Below the pieces are notes generated by a model. That model was given only the letters and a program-made list of their open reading frames with translations. It was not told where the DNA came from and ran no database searches. The position numbers and the translations under genes are program-made. A stretch of DNA of 51,571 bases from Nitrospirota bacterium (GTDB lineage: Bacteria; Nitrospirota; 9FT-COMBO-42-15; HDB-SIOI813): positions 1 to 51,571 of the forward strand of contig JAHFEQ010000003.1 in NCBI GenBank assembly GCA_023248395.1, read 5' to 3'. Every line of letters begins with the position of its first letter. Position 1 is the first letter of the stretch. Of this stretch, positions 18,415-26,878 are shown piece after piece.

Positions 18415-19512
18415 TTATCTCCGGGACACCTTTCTTATTGTACCTATTGCCAGTAAAAGAGATATGGCTACAGGCATCCAAGCTGCCCATACAGGATTAA
18501 TTATTCCTTCAACGGCGATGATCTCAAGTCCGGTATCTATGATGTAATAGCAGAGAATAATAATAAGGCTTAACATAAACCCGGCAAATTTACTTGAAAA
18601 TCTGGATTTGATACCCACAGGGACACCTAGAACCCCTAAGACTAACACCGCAGCAGGCAGGGAAAACTTCTTATGGAATTCTATCAATAGCCTTCTATAC
18701 TCTCTCACTTTTCCTTCTGTCTTTTTAACTTCCAGTCTCTTCCTCAGTTCCTCAAGACCCATTCCCCAAACCTCTTTAAAGAGCCGGATATTTCCTATTG
18801 ATTTTGTTGTCTCTATTCTTAGATAGTATGTTGAAAAGGCAGCTATCTGATAGGTTGACTTGTCCTGGGATTCGAAGTAGATATGACCCTCTTCAAGCTT
18901 TAGAAATAGGTTTTCAGTAGAGGGATCACTTAGCAGTCTACCCTCTTTTGCTGTGATAATCCTGCCTTCATTTAGCGATTTATCAGAGATGAGAACCCCT
19001 TCTAAGATATCTGGCCCTTTTAGTTTTTGTACATACACTAAGAGATTGAATAGATTGTTAAATACCCCTTCCTCAAGTCCTAAGTTTCTTTGGCTTTTTA
19101 GTATTTCATAAGATTGTACTCGTATATATCTGTTTGCCATGGGTTGAAGCGTTGTAGATGAGAAGAGGGTTAAAAAAAAGGCCCCAAGAGAAAACAGGAT
19201 GACAGGCAGGAGCAGACGATACAGACTGATACCGGCAGATCTCATAGCAGTGATCTCATGATCTGTGTAGAGCCTGCTGAAGGTCAGTGTGGAAGAGATC
19301 AACACAGAAAGTGGTATCGCCAGTACTAAAAAAAGGGGTATAATGAAGGGCGCAAACCGGATCAGTACCAGGAAGCTTACACCTGTCTCGGCGGATATCC
19401 TGGATAGACTCAGCATCTGCTGGGTGAGGAGGGCCGACATTAATAGCGAGATGCTGAGGATAAATGATATGATAAGTTCGCGCAGGATATATCTGTCTAT
19501 AATTTTTATCAT
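18415..19512 (-). CDS. lptF: LPS export ABC permease LptF
   Basis: 365 aa, YjgP/YjgQ family (IIDRYILRELI). It is the first gene of the lptFG pair, 4 nt upstream of lptG. Confidence 0.85.
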   Translation of the reverse strand: MIKIIDRYILRELIISFILSISLLMSALLTQQMLSLSRISAETGVSFLVLIRFAPFIIPLFLVLAIPLSVLISSTLTFSRLYTDHEITAMRSAGISLYRLLLPVILFSLGAFFLTLFSSTTLQPMANRYIRVQSYEILKSQRNLGLEEGVFNNLFNLLVYVQKLKGPDILEGVLISDKSLNEGRIITAKEGRLLSDPSTENLFLKLEEGHIYFESQDKSTYQIAAFSTYYLRIETTKSIGNIRLFKEVWGMGLEELRKRLEVKKTEGKVREYRRLLIEFHKKFSLPAAVLVLGVLGVPVGIKSRFSSKFAGFMLSLIIILCYYIIDTGLEIIAVEGIINPVWAAWMPVAISLLLAIGTIRKVSRR

Positions 19513-19555
19513 CTGCCTACTATAGTTTTTTTATAATCTCTTGTAAATAGGAGTC

Positions 19556-20407
19556 ATGATGAAAACTGATTTTAAGGCATATAAGGAATATCTTGATGAG
19601 CGGGTTAAGTGTCACCCACATATCAATGAGATGATAGATTTCTACAAAGGGCTGATTGATATATGGGGTAACGCCCAGCCCGATAACCTCTCTGCCCTCT
19701 TCTCTGCTGAAAGACTCTCCAAGGGGTTGTATATGCTCGATGAGGAGAAGATAGAAGATGTGGATTTTACAAATAGTGCAGAAACAGCAAGAAGGATATT
19801 CAGGCTGCTGGAGCAACAGAAGAAGGGGGAGACAACAGCCGTTGACGGTCTATCAGGGGGAGATATTACTGATTTTATAAAAGATGGTCTATACAAAGAG
19901 GATAGATTTAACAATGCTGTTCTAAAATGGATACTCAAACCATCGTTTAATGCGATGAAGGAGACCCTCCATTCCCTCTTTGAAAAGGGGGGATCAGGGA
20001 GGATTTGGAATGCAGGACGGTGTCCCGTATGTTACTCGCTACCAGGAATGGCACTTGTTGATGCGATGACTTTGGGGACAGAATTGAATTCTGTCCCCAA
20101 AGAACAGAGGTTTTTATCCTGCTGTTTCTGTGGATACCTGTGGTTGTTTGACAGGGTTGCCTGCCCGGCCTGCGGTGATAACAGGCCAGAGAAACACGGT
20201 TTTTTTGTGGGAGAGGCGGGCTGTGAGCAGGGTACAAGGGCGATCAGTTGCGAGGGGTGTAAGACCTATGTAAAGACCGTCTTTATAGGGTGCCGGGATG
20301 ATGGCAAAGGGGTTATGGATTTAGATATGGATATTGAGGATGTGGCGACCCTTCCCCTGGATATCGTAGCGAACCAACGGGGTTACAGGGCACTCTGCCA
20401 GAGTTAG
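19556..20407 (+). CDS. FdhE-like protein (four CXXC motifs, rubredoxin-like)
   Basis: 283 aa with CPVC, CCFC, CPAC and CEGC motifs in FdhE-like spacing (RFLSCCFCGYLWLFDRVACPACG). No formate dehydrogenase gene is in the window. Confidence 0.65.
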   Translation: MMKTDFKAYKEYLDERVKCHPHINEMIDFYKGLIDIWGNAQPDNLSALFSAERLSKGLYMLDEEKIEDVDFTNSAETARRIFRLLEQQKKGETTAVDGLSGGDITDFIKDGLYKEDRFNNAVLKWILKPSFNAMKETLHSLFEKGGSGRIWNAGRCPVCYSLPGMALVDAMTLGTELNSVPKEQRFLSCCFCGYLWLFDRVACPACGDNRPEKHGFFVGEAGCEQGTRAISCEGCKTYVKTVFIGCRDDGKGVMDLDMDIEDVATLPLDIVANQRGYRALCQS

Positions 20408-20418
20408 GTACAAACTTC

Positions 20419-20448
20419 TTGCAAAAAAAATAGATGCTATGCTAATAT
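20419..20448 (+). promoter_or_regulatory. Sigma-70-type promoter candidate (TTGCAA-18-TAATAT)
   Basis: The -10 box ends 9 nt before ATG 20458 and no SD is visible. This would give a nearly leaderless transcript. Confidence 0.3.
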
Positions 20449-20457
20449 ACCATTGCA

Positions 20458-22329
20458 ATGTCTGGTCTCGTTAAAGAAAAGAATCTTTTAGCCAGGTCAG
20501 CCTACCACTATGAGATTGTAGACGTAAAAGAACCTAATCTCTTTAGAGAGTTTTTCCCTTATACAGAAGTCCCCAAGATCCCGTTCAATCACCGCCTCGT
20601 CCCCATGAATACGCCAGAGGAATTCTGGATAACAGATACTACGTTCAGGGATGGCCAGCAGTCAAGACCACCTTACAGCGTAAAACAGATACTTGATATC
20701 TACGATATGCTCCACAGGCTGGGTGGGCCGAATGGAGTCATAAGGCAGTGTGAGTTCTTTCTCTATAATAAAAAGGATAGGGATGCAGTTGAAAAATGCC
20801 TTGAACGCGGTTATAGCTATCCGGTGATCACTGGGTGGATAAGGGCTGTTAAGGAAGATTTTCAGCTTGTGAAGGATATGGGGCTTAAGGAAACAGGTAT
20901 CCTGATGTCCTGTTCAGATTATCATATCTTTTTAAAACTTGGCCTGAACAGACTTGAGGCTGCCAACAGATATCTCGACATCGTCAGGAGGGCGTTAGAG
21001 GCTGGTATTGTGCCACGCTGTCATCTCGAGGACATTACACGGGCAGATTACTACGGGTTTGTTATCCCTTTGATCCAGATGCTGATGGAACTCTCTGAGC
21101 AGAGTGGTGTTCCGGTTAAAGTAAGGGCTTGCGACACCATGGGGTATGGCGTTCCCTATGTGGGTGCCTCCACCCCGCGTGGTATCCCTGAGCTGATATA
21201 TGGTCTTGTGCACTATGGAGGGGTCCCTCCGGATCAGCTTGAATGGCACGGGCATAATGATTTTCATAAGGCCCTGATCAATGCGACAACGGCTTGGGTA
21301 TATGGGTGCAGTGGGGCTAACGGAGTTATATTGGGGTTTGGTGAGAGGACTGGCAATACCCCTGTAGAGGCCCTGATCATGGAATATATTGCATTAAGAG
21401 GAGAGACAAACGGTGTTGATACAACGGCAATCACTGATTTGGCCGAATATTTCAGGAGAGAACTTGGGGTTCAGATACCTGCGAATTATCCCTTTGTCGG
21501 GGTGGACTTCAATAACACAAGTGCTGGCATTCATGCGGATGGGGCGCTGAAAAATGAAGAGATATACAATATATTTGACACGGTTAAACTCCTCAAGAGA
21601 CCCATGGGGATTACCATTACGGACAAATCAGGTATTGCCGGTATTGCGTACTGGGTCAATAGTCATCTGGGATTAGAGGGTGAGCATAAAGTAGACAAGA
21701 AGCATCCAGGAATTGCTAAGATGTACAAATGGATTATGGGGCAGTATGAAACCGGGAGACTTACGGCGATATCCTCAGACGAGATGTATGTGCAGACAAA
21801 GAGGTATTTGCCGGAATATTTTGGTTCAGAGCTTGATCGGATGAAGAAGAGGGCAGAGGATATTGCAGTGCCTTTGACGGAAGAGATCGTTGAAAGCCCT
21901 TCTTTTAGGGCGTTAAACTTAGAGCAGATGGAGTCCGTGATGCAGAAATTGGTGGATGATAATCCATTTATTCAGTTTGCCTATGCTGTTAACCTGGAGG
22001 GGAGGCAATTAACGAGGAATATAACCCAGATGGTTGACAGGGCTAAATATGAGAAATTTGGAGTAGGAGAGGATTTTTCCAATAGGCCATGGTTTATAGA
22101 GCCGCTAAGGAGTGGCAAGACCTATGTTACTGATTTCTATAAATCTGTGATCACGGATGCACTATGTATCACAGTATCGACCCCGATCAGAGACAATAAG
22201 GGGGAGATAAAGGGGATATTTGGTGTTGATCTGAAGTTTGAGGATGTCTTAAAGATCGAACGGAGGATGGAATCTGGCGGGATACATGGTGATGAAGGGA
22301 AAGGCGGAGTGGAGGGGGAGATAATATAG
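20458..22329 (+). CDS. Re-citrate-synthase-like enzyme (IPMS/homocitrate synthase DRE-TIM family) fused to a C-terminal Cache/PDC-like domain
   Basis: DRE-TIM motifs ITDTTFRDGQQ, HLEDITRAD, EWHGHNDF and GFGERTGN. C-terminal ~135 aa carry a Cache signature (NRPWFIEPLRSGKTYVTDFYKSVITDALCITVSTPIRDNKGEIKGIFGVDLKFEDV). The gene is adjacent to mdh and fumarase. Confidence 0.6.
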   Translation: MSGLVKEKNLLARSAYHYEIVDVKEPNLFREFFPYTEVPKIPFNHRLVPMNTPEEFWITDTTFRDGQQSRPPYSVKQILDIYDMLHRLGGPNGVIRQCEFFLYNKKDRDAVEKCLERGYSYPVITGWIRAVKEDFQLVKDMGLKETGILMSCSDYHIFLKLGLNRLEAANRYLDIVRRALEAGIVPRCHLEDITRADYYGFVIPLIQMLMELSEQSGVPVKVRACDTMGYGVPYVGASTPRGIPELIYGLVHYGGVPPDQLEWHGHNDFHKALINATTAWVYGCSGANGVILGFGERTGNTPVEALIMEYIALRGETNGVDTTAITDLAEYFRRELGVQIPANYPFVGVDFNNTSAGIHADGALKNEEIYNIFDTVKLLKRPMGITITDKSGIAGIAYWVNSHLGLEGEHKVDKKHPGIAKMYKWIMGQYETGRLTAISSDEMYVQTKRYLPEYFGSELDRMKKRAEDIAVPLTEEIVESPSFRALNLEQMESVMQKLVDDNPFIQFAYAVNLEGRQLTRNITQMVDRAKYEKFGVGEDFSNRPWFIEPLRSGKTYVTDFYKSVITDALCITVSTPIRDNKGEIKGIFGVDLKFEDVLKIERRMESGGIHGDEGKGGVEGEII

Positions 22330-22332
22330 GTA

Positions 22333-22416
22333 GCAGTCAGCGGTGAGCAGGCAGTAGGTTGATGTAGCTGCAGGCTTCAGTCTGTGTTAGAAGTCAGAAG
22401 CAAGAGGGTAGAGGAA
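22333..22416 (+). repeat. Composite repeat: gcagtcagcggtgagcaggcag module plus a purine-rich heptamer array
   Basis: Heptamers AGAAGTC AGAAGCA AGAGGGT AGAGGAA at 22389-22416. The modules cagcggtgagcaggcag and tagctgcaggct have counterparts in the element at 8650-8770. Confidence 0.65.
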
Positions 22417-22437
22417 AAGATCACATTTAGGAAGAGG

Positions 22438-23391
22438 ATGAGATTGAGCGGACGAAAGAAGGTATCCATTATAGGTTCTGGGAATGTTGGGGCATCCACC
22501 GCCCAGAGGATTATGGAAAAATTTCTTGCGGATGTGGTGTTATTCGATATCATTGAAGGAGTTCCGCAGGGTAAAGCACTTGACATATCAGAGGCTGCAC
22601 CTATCAGTGGTGCAGATATGAGTGTTATGGGTACGAACAGTTATGACGATACGGCCGGGTCAGATATTGTCGTAATAACAGCAGGCCTTGCAAGAAAACC
22701 TGGGATGAGCCGGAAGGATCTGTTAGAAAAGAATGTAAGTATCGTCAGGGAGGTTACAAAGGAGGCCGTAAGGCGATCACCCGCGTCAATCCTCATTGTG
22801 GTGACCAACCCCATGGACCTGATGACCTATCTGTCATGGGCAATTTCAGGTTTCCCGAAACACCGTGTTATGGGGATGGGGGGGGCACTCGATTCGGCCC
22901 GTTTTAGATGCTTTATTTCAGATGAACTCAAGGTATCTGTAGAGAACGTACATGCCTTTGTACTTGGCGGTCATGGTGATTTAATGGTACCACTGTCCAG
23001 ATTTTCCACGGTTGCAGGAATCCCTGTCACAGAGATGATGGATAAGTCAGCGATAGATAAGATGGTTGAACGGACAAGATTTGGCGGAGCAGAGATTGTC
23101 GAGCTTCTTAAAACGGGTAGTGCCTATGTTGCACCGGCGGCTGCTATTACCGAGATGGTAGAGGCGATACTTCGTGATAAGAAGAAGATAATACCCTGTG
23201 CAGCCTATTTAGAGGGGGAGTATGGAGTTAAAGACCTCTTTGTCGGAGTCCCTGTAAAATTAGGGAGCACAGGGGTAGAGAAGGTTATAGAAATAAAACT
23301 CTCAGATGAGGAGAGGAACTCCTTTTTTAAGTCTGTTGACAGGGTCAGAAGCGGGGTAGACGAGATTAAAGAGATGTTAGGTAATTTTTGA
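22438..23391 (+). CDS. mdh: Malate dehydrogenase (LDH-like MDH family)
   Basis: [14 protein letters not shown] Rossmann motif. [13 protein letters not shown] has Arg at the substrate-discriminating position. The start is set at ATG 22438 (RBS ggaagagg). The ORF-track GTG 22384 lies inside the repeat. Confidence 0.9.
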   Translation: MRLSGRKKVSIIGSGNVGASTAQRIMEKFLADVVLFDIIEGVPQGKALDISEAAPISGADMSVMGTNSYDDTAGSDIVVITAGLARKPGMSRKDLLEKNVSIVREVTKEAVRRSPASILIVVTNPMDLMTYLSWAISGFPKHRVMGMGGALDSARFRCFISDELKVSVENVHAFVLGGHGDLMVPLSRFSTVAGIPVTEMMDKSAIDKMVERTRFGGAEIVELLKTGSAYVAPAAAITEMVEAILRDKKKIIPCAAYLEGEYGVKDLFVGVPVKLGSTGVEKVIEIKLSDEERNSFFKSVDRVRSGVDEIKEMLGNF

Positions 23392-23410
23392 ACGTTAACT
23401 TGAGTACTCA

Positions 23411-24256
23411 ATGAAAAGGATACACTACAACGACATCGTGGATAAGGTAAGAGAGATGTGCATAGAGGCAAACTATAGCCTGAGCAAGGACGTGATAGCA
23501 TCCTATGAGAGGGCATTGGAGATGGAGAAGTCCCCTCTTGGCCAGGAGGTGCTGGGGCAGATCATGGAAAATGCACGGATTGCTGATAAAGAGGGAATGC
23601 CGTTATGTCAAGACACCGGACTTTCAGTATTCTTTATTGAAGTAGGTCAGGATGTGTCTATAGCAGGGGGACTTCTTGATGATGCAATCAATGAGGGCGT
23701 ACGGCAGGGATATAACACGGGTTATTTGCGGAAATCGGTTGTACAGGAGCCTGTCTTCGAAAGGAGAAATACCTCTGATAATACACCTGCGATTATTCAT
23801 ACGGAACTTGTGTCAGGGGATCGGCTGAAGATTATGCTGGATATTGCAGGGGGTGGCTGTGAAAATATGGCAGCACTGAAGATGCTTCGTCCTGCAGATG
23901 GGTTAGAGGGTGTGAAGCAATTTGTTGTGGAGACTGTAAGAAATGCAGGGGCAAACCCCTGTCCCCCTGTCGTAGTAGGGGTTGGTATTGGTGGGGATTT
24001 TGAAAAGGTTGCTATGCTGGCAAAGAGGGCGCTATTGAGACCCGTGGGACAGCCACATTCAAAGCTGGAAGTCGCAGCGCTTGAGGAGGATCTGTTGAAG
24101 AAGGTGAATCAACTTGGCATAGGCCCGGTAGGGCTGGGGGGGATAGTGACGGCCCTCGCAGTTCATGTAGAGATGCATCCATGCCACATAGCCAGTTTAC
24201 CAGTGGCAGTTAATTTAGGGTGTCACTCGAGCAGACATAAGAGTATCACTATATAA
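23411..24256 (+). CDS. Class I (Fe-S) fumarate hydratase, alpha subunit (N-terminal domain type)
   Basis: 281 aa with motifs PLCQDTG, GGGCENM and GIGG. L-tartrate dehydratase alpha is the alternative. The mdh context favours fumarase. Confidence 0.8.
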   Translation: MKRIHYNDIVDKVREMCIEANYSLSKDVIASYERALEMEKSPLGQEVLGQIMENARIADKEGMPLCQDTGLSVFFIEVGQDVSIAGGLLDDAINEGVRQGYNTGYLRKSVVQEPVFERRNTSDNTPAIIHTELVSGDRLKIMLDIAGGGCENMAALKMLRPADGLEGVKQFVVETVRNAGANPCPPVVVGVGIGGDFEKVAMLAKRALLRPVGQPHSKLEVAALEEDLLKKVNQLGIGPVGLGGIVTALAVHVEMHPCHIASLPVAVNLGCHSSRHKSITI

Positions 24257-24823
24257 ATGCAAGAACTAAAGATCAGGAAAATTACCACTCCACTGACTGA
24301 TGACGTCATCTCAGATTTAAGGGCAGGAGATAAGATAGAATTAACTGGTGTCCTTTATACGGCACGGGATGCTGGGCACAAAAGACTCGTCAAGATGATA
24401 AAGGATGGAGACAAATTGCCCTTTGATATCAAGGGGCAGGTCCTATATTTCGTGGGGCCAACTCCTGCAAAGCCAGGGATGCCTATCGGCTCTGCCGGTC
24501 CAACGACGAGTGGGAGAATGGATCTTTATTCACCACATCTTATAAAATGCGGGCTTAAAGGCATGATCGGTAAAGGGGCAAGGGCAAAGGAAGTCATCGA
24601 GACGATGAGGGAGTATAAGTGTATATACTTTGCTGCTATTGGAGGTGTCGCTGCACTCCTTTCAAAAAAGATAAAAAAGGCTGAGGTTATTGCTTTTGAA
24701 GACCTAGGTACCGAGGCTATTCGTAGATTAGAGGTAGAAAACTTTCCTGTTGTGGTCATAAACGATATATATGGTGGAGACCTCTATAAAGAAGGTGTAA
24801 AGCAGTATTCAACCCGCGAATAA
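24257..24823 (+). CDS. Class I fumarate hydratase, beta subunit (C-terminal domain type)
   Basis: 188 aa with motifs GVLYTARDAGHKRL and GPTTSGRMD. It starts immediately after the alpha-subunit stop. Confidence 0.8.
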   Translation: MQELKIRKITTPLTDDVISDLRAGDKIELTGVLYTARDAGHKRLVKMIKDGDKLPFDIKGQVLYFVGPTPAKPGMPIGSAGPTTSGRMDLYSPHLIKCGLKGMIGKGARAKEVIETMREYKCIYFAAIGGVAALLSKKIKKAEVIAFEDLGTEAIRRLEVENFPVVVINDIYGGDLYKEGVKQYSTRE

Positions 24824-24905
24824 ATTCGGATTTCGGAGTTAAAATACTAAATCCCGGAATATCTTTGGGTTAGCCTATACAACGATAAATCAATAAAAGC
24901 TTTCC

Positions 24906-24919
24906 CTTGCATATGCAAG
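24906..24919. promoter_or_regulatory. Perfect 14-bp palindrome CTTGCATATGCAAG upstream of lptC (possible operator)
   Basis: Self-complementary 14-mer in the fumarase-lptC intergenic region, about 20 nt upstream of a promoter candidate. Confidence 0.3.
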
Positions 24920-24937
24920 ATTCATGCTGAAAATTCT

Positions 24938-24966
24938 TTACTTTGGTCCTTCCTTTATGCTATAGT
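24938..24966 (+). promoter_or_regulatory. Sigma-70-type promoter candidate for lptCAB (TTACTT-17-TATAGT)
   Basis: Hexamers at 24938-24943 and 24961-24966 with a 17-nt spacer, 19 nt upstream of ATG 24985. Confidence 0.4.
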
Positions 24967-24984
24967 TTATTTTATAGTTTAGAG

Positions 24985-25545
24985 ATGAGCGCCCATAAAC
25001 CTTACAAGTGGATATTCCTTTGTATTTTTTTACTTCTCGTTATTATTGTCGCGATGATGAGGGGAAAAGGCGTCAGAAAGATAGAGGCATTAGAAACAGT
25101 ATCACTTGGGGATCTATCGCAGCGTATAGAGGGTTTTCATCTTACCCATTTTAAAGGAGAGAAGATAGACTGGGAGTTAGAGGCCGGGAGCGCCATTATT
25201 CATAGTGGTGACGAGAACGCTTTGGTTCACCCCATTGATATCATTTATATAACAGCGAGTGGTACACCGATTAAGCTTTTCGCAGAAAAGGGCATATACA
25301 GTATAGGTAAAAACACCTTTTTTGTAGGAAAGGAAGATGGCGGGGTTAATATAAATATTGGCAAGGGGATTACAATAAAGTCGGATGACCTTGCCTGGTC
25401 AGGGGATAAGAAGGAGATACATAGTCTGGGTAGGATTCAGGTGATTGGAGAAAGGTTTCTCCTTGAAGGAGAAAACCTTATAGCAAATGTAGATAGCGGG
25501 GTATATGAAATTAACAAGAATATTCGGGCAACTGTGTGGCAGTAA
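24985..25545 (+). CDS. lptC: LPS export protein LptC
   Basis: N-terminal TM anchor (WIFLCIFLLLVIIVAMM) followed by an OstA-like beta-rich region. It sits directly upstream of lptA-lptB. The start is set at ATG 24985 rather than TTG 24943. Confidence 0.7.
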   Translation: MSAHKPYKWIFLCIFLLLVIIVAMMRGKGVRKIEALETVSLGDLSQRIEGFHLTHFKGEKIDWELEAGSAIIHSGDENALVHPIDIIYITASGTPIKLFAEKGIYSIGKNTFFVGKEDGGVNINIGKGITIKSDDLAWSGDKKEIHSLGRIQVIGERFLLEGENLIANVDSGVYEINKNIRATVWQ

Positions 25546-26062
25546 GTATGTGGTAATAATTGTAGCATACCTACCGATACTTTTATTCACTGCTCATGCG
25601 GTAAAAGGCGAAGAGGGATCAGCCACACGGTTCGTTACTAAAGATTCCGGGGGGGCACTATCGATTGTGTCGAAGAAGATGACCTTGGCAAACCAGGAGA
25701 ATATGATCCTATTTGAAGGGGATGTTGTCTTAGAACGTGATTCAATGACACTAAAGGCTAAAAGGGTCGAAGTTGTGTTCACTCCTTCCTCTGAAAGGGA
25801 ACAGGGATTTGTGGAGTCAGTAGATAAGAAAAAAGAGCTTTCTACGATTACAGCGACAGGGGATGTAGAATTTGTCCAGGGTAGAAGGAACATTTTCTCA
25901 AATAAGGTTATATATTATAAAAGGGATGAGAAGATGGTCTTTACAGGTTCACCGAATGTCCGGGAGGAAGCGGATGAACTTAAGGGGGAGAGGATTACGG
26001 TCTATATCCGGGAAGATAGGGTTGTGGTGGAGGGTGGGGAGGCTATTATACATCCACGGTAA
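25505..26062 (+). CDS. lptA: LPS transport periplasmic protein LptA (OstA-like)
   Basis: Signal peptide (VVIIVAYLPILLFTAHA). OstA N-terminal-like repeats (LFEGDVVLERDSMTLKAKRVEV; ATGDVEFVQG). Lies between lptC and lptB. Confidence 0.8.
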   Translation: MKLTRIFGQLCGSKYVVIIVAYLPILLFTAHAVKGEEGSATRFVTKDSGGALSIVSKKMTLANQENMILFEGDVVLERDSMTLKAKRVEVVFTPSSEREQGFVESVDKKKELSTITATGDVEFVQGRRNIFSNKVIYYKRDEKMVFTGSPNVREEADELKGERITVYIREDRVVVEGGEAIIHPR

Positions 26063-26063
26063 A

Positions 26064-26104
26064 TCAGATAGCAGTGAGCAAGCAAGAGCTTAGAGGTAAG
26101 AGTG
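26064..26104 (+). repeat. Purine-rich period-7 array that abuts the lptB start codon
   Basis: AGCAGTG AGCAAGC AAGAGCT TAGAGGT AAGAGTG. Contains cagtgagcaagca, shared with 8650-8770. AGAGG at 26092-26096 lies 5 nt before GTG 26102. Confidence 0.55.
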
Positions 26105-26878
26105 ACGACACTCCAGGTAGAGAACTTAGAAAAATCCTATAAAGGACGTAAGATAGTAAATAAGGTAAGCCTGGCATTAAACACAGGTGAAGTTGTTGGT
26201 CTGCTTGGACCTAACGGGGCAGGAAAGACAACCATATTCTCGATCATTACAGGTATCTTAAGACCTTCTGATGGCCGAATATTATTAAGTGCCACAGAGA
26301 TAACCCATCTGCCGACCTACAAACGTGCACGCTTAGGGTTATGTTATTTACCGCAGGAGCCCTCTGTTTTCAGAAAGCTGACTGTGGAAGAGAACATTAT
26401 GTCCATATTGGAGTTTCAGCCCATATCTTCCTATGAGCGTAAAGATAGATTAACCTCGCTCTCTGCAGAGCTCAATGTAGGACACCTTGCCAGGCAGTTG
26501 GCTCTTACATTATCTGGCGGGGAGAGAAGACGGATAGAGATTGCCAGAGCACTTGCTGCATCCCCGATATTTATGCTTCTTGATGAACCCTTTGCAGGAA
26601 TAGACCCCATTTCTGTCACAGACCTTCAGCAGATCATTCTTTATCTGAAGAGTAAGGATATTGGTATATTGATAACAGATCATAATGTACAGCATACCCT
26701 TGAAGTTTGTGACAGGGTTTATGTCATAAATGAGGGCGTTATATTAAAATCAGGTACTCCGTACGAGATCATAAATAGTGATGAGGTCCGATCTACCTAT
26801 TTAGGGGAGAGATTCAAGTTGGAATCTGAGGATACTGTGAGTCATAAAGAGAAGGAGAAGAGATGGATACAAAATTAG
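26102..26878 (+). CDS. lptB: LPS export ABC transporter ATPase LptB
   Basis: GTG start. Walker A GPNGAGKTT, signature LSGGERRR, Walker B LLDEPFAGIDP. Follows lptA. Confidence 0.9.
   Translation: MTTLQVENLEKSYKGRKIVNKVSLALNTGEVVGLLGPNGAGKTTIFSIITGILRPSDGRILLSATEITHLPTYKRARLGLCYLPQEPSVFRKLTVEENIMSILEFQPISSYERKDRLTSLSAELNVGHLARQLALTLSGGERRRIEIARALAASPIFMLLDEPFAGIDPISVTDLQQIILYLKSKDIGILITDHNVQHTLEVCDRVYVINEGVILKSGTPYEIINSDEVRSTYLGERFKLESEDTVSHKEKEKRWIQN

Noticed and set aside
24824-24862. Intrinsic terminator after the fumarase beta subunit
   Set aside because: The attcggattt...aaatcccggaat pairing needs two bulges and has no U-tract. It is too weak to annotate.
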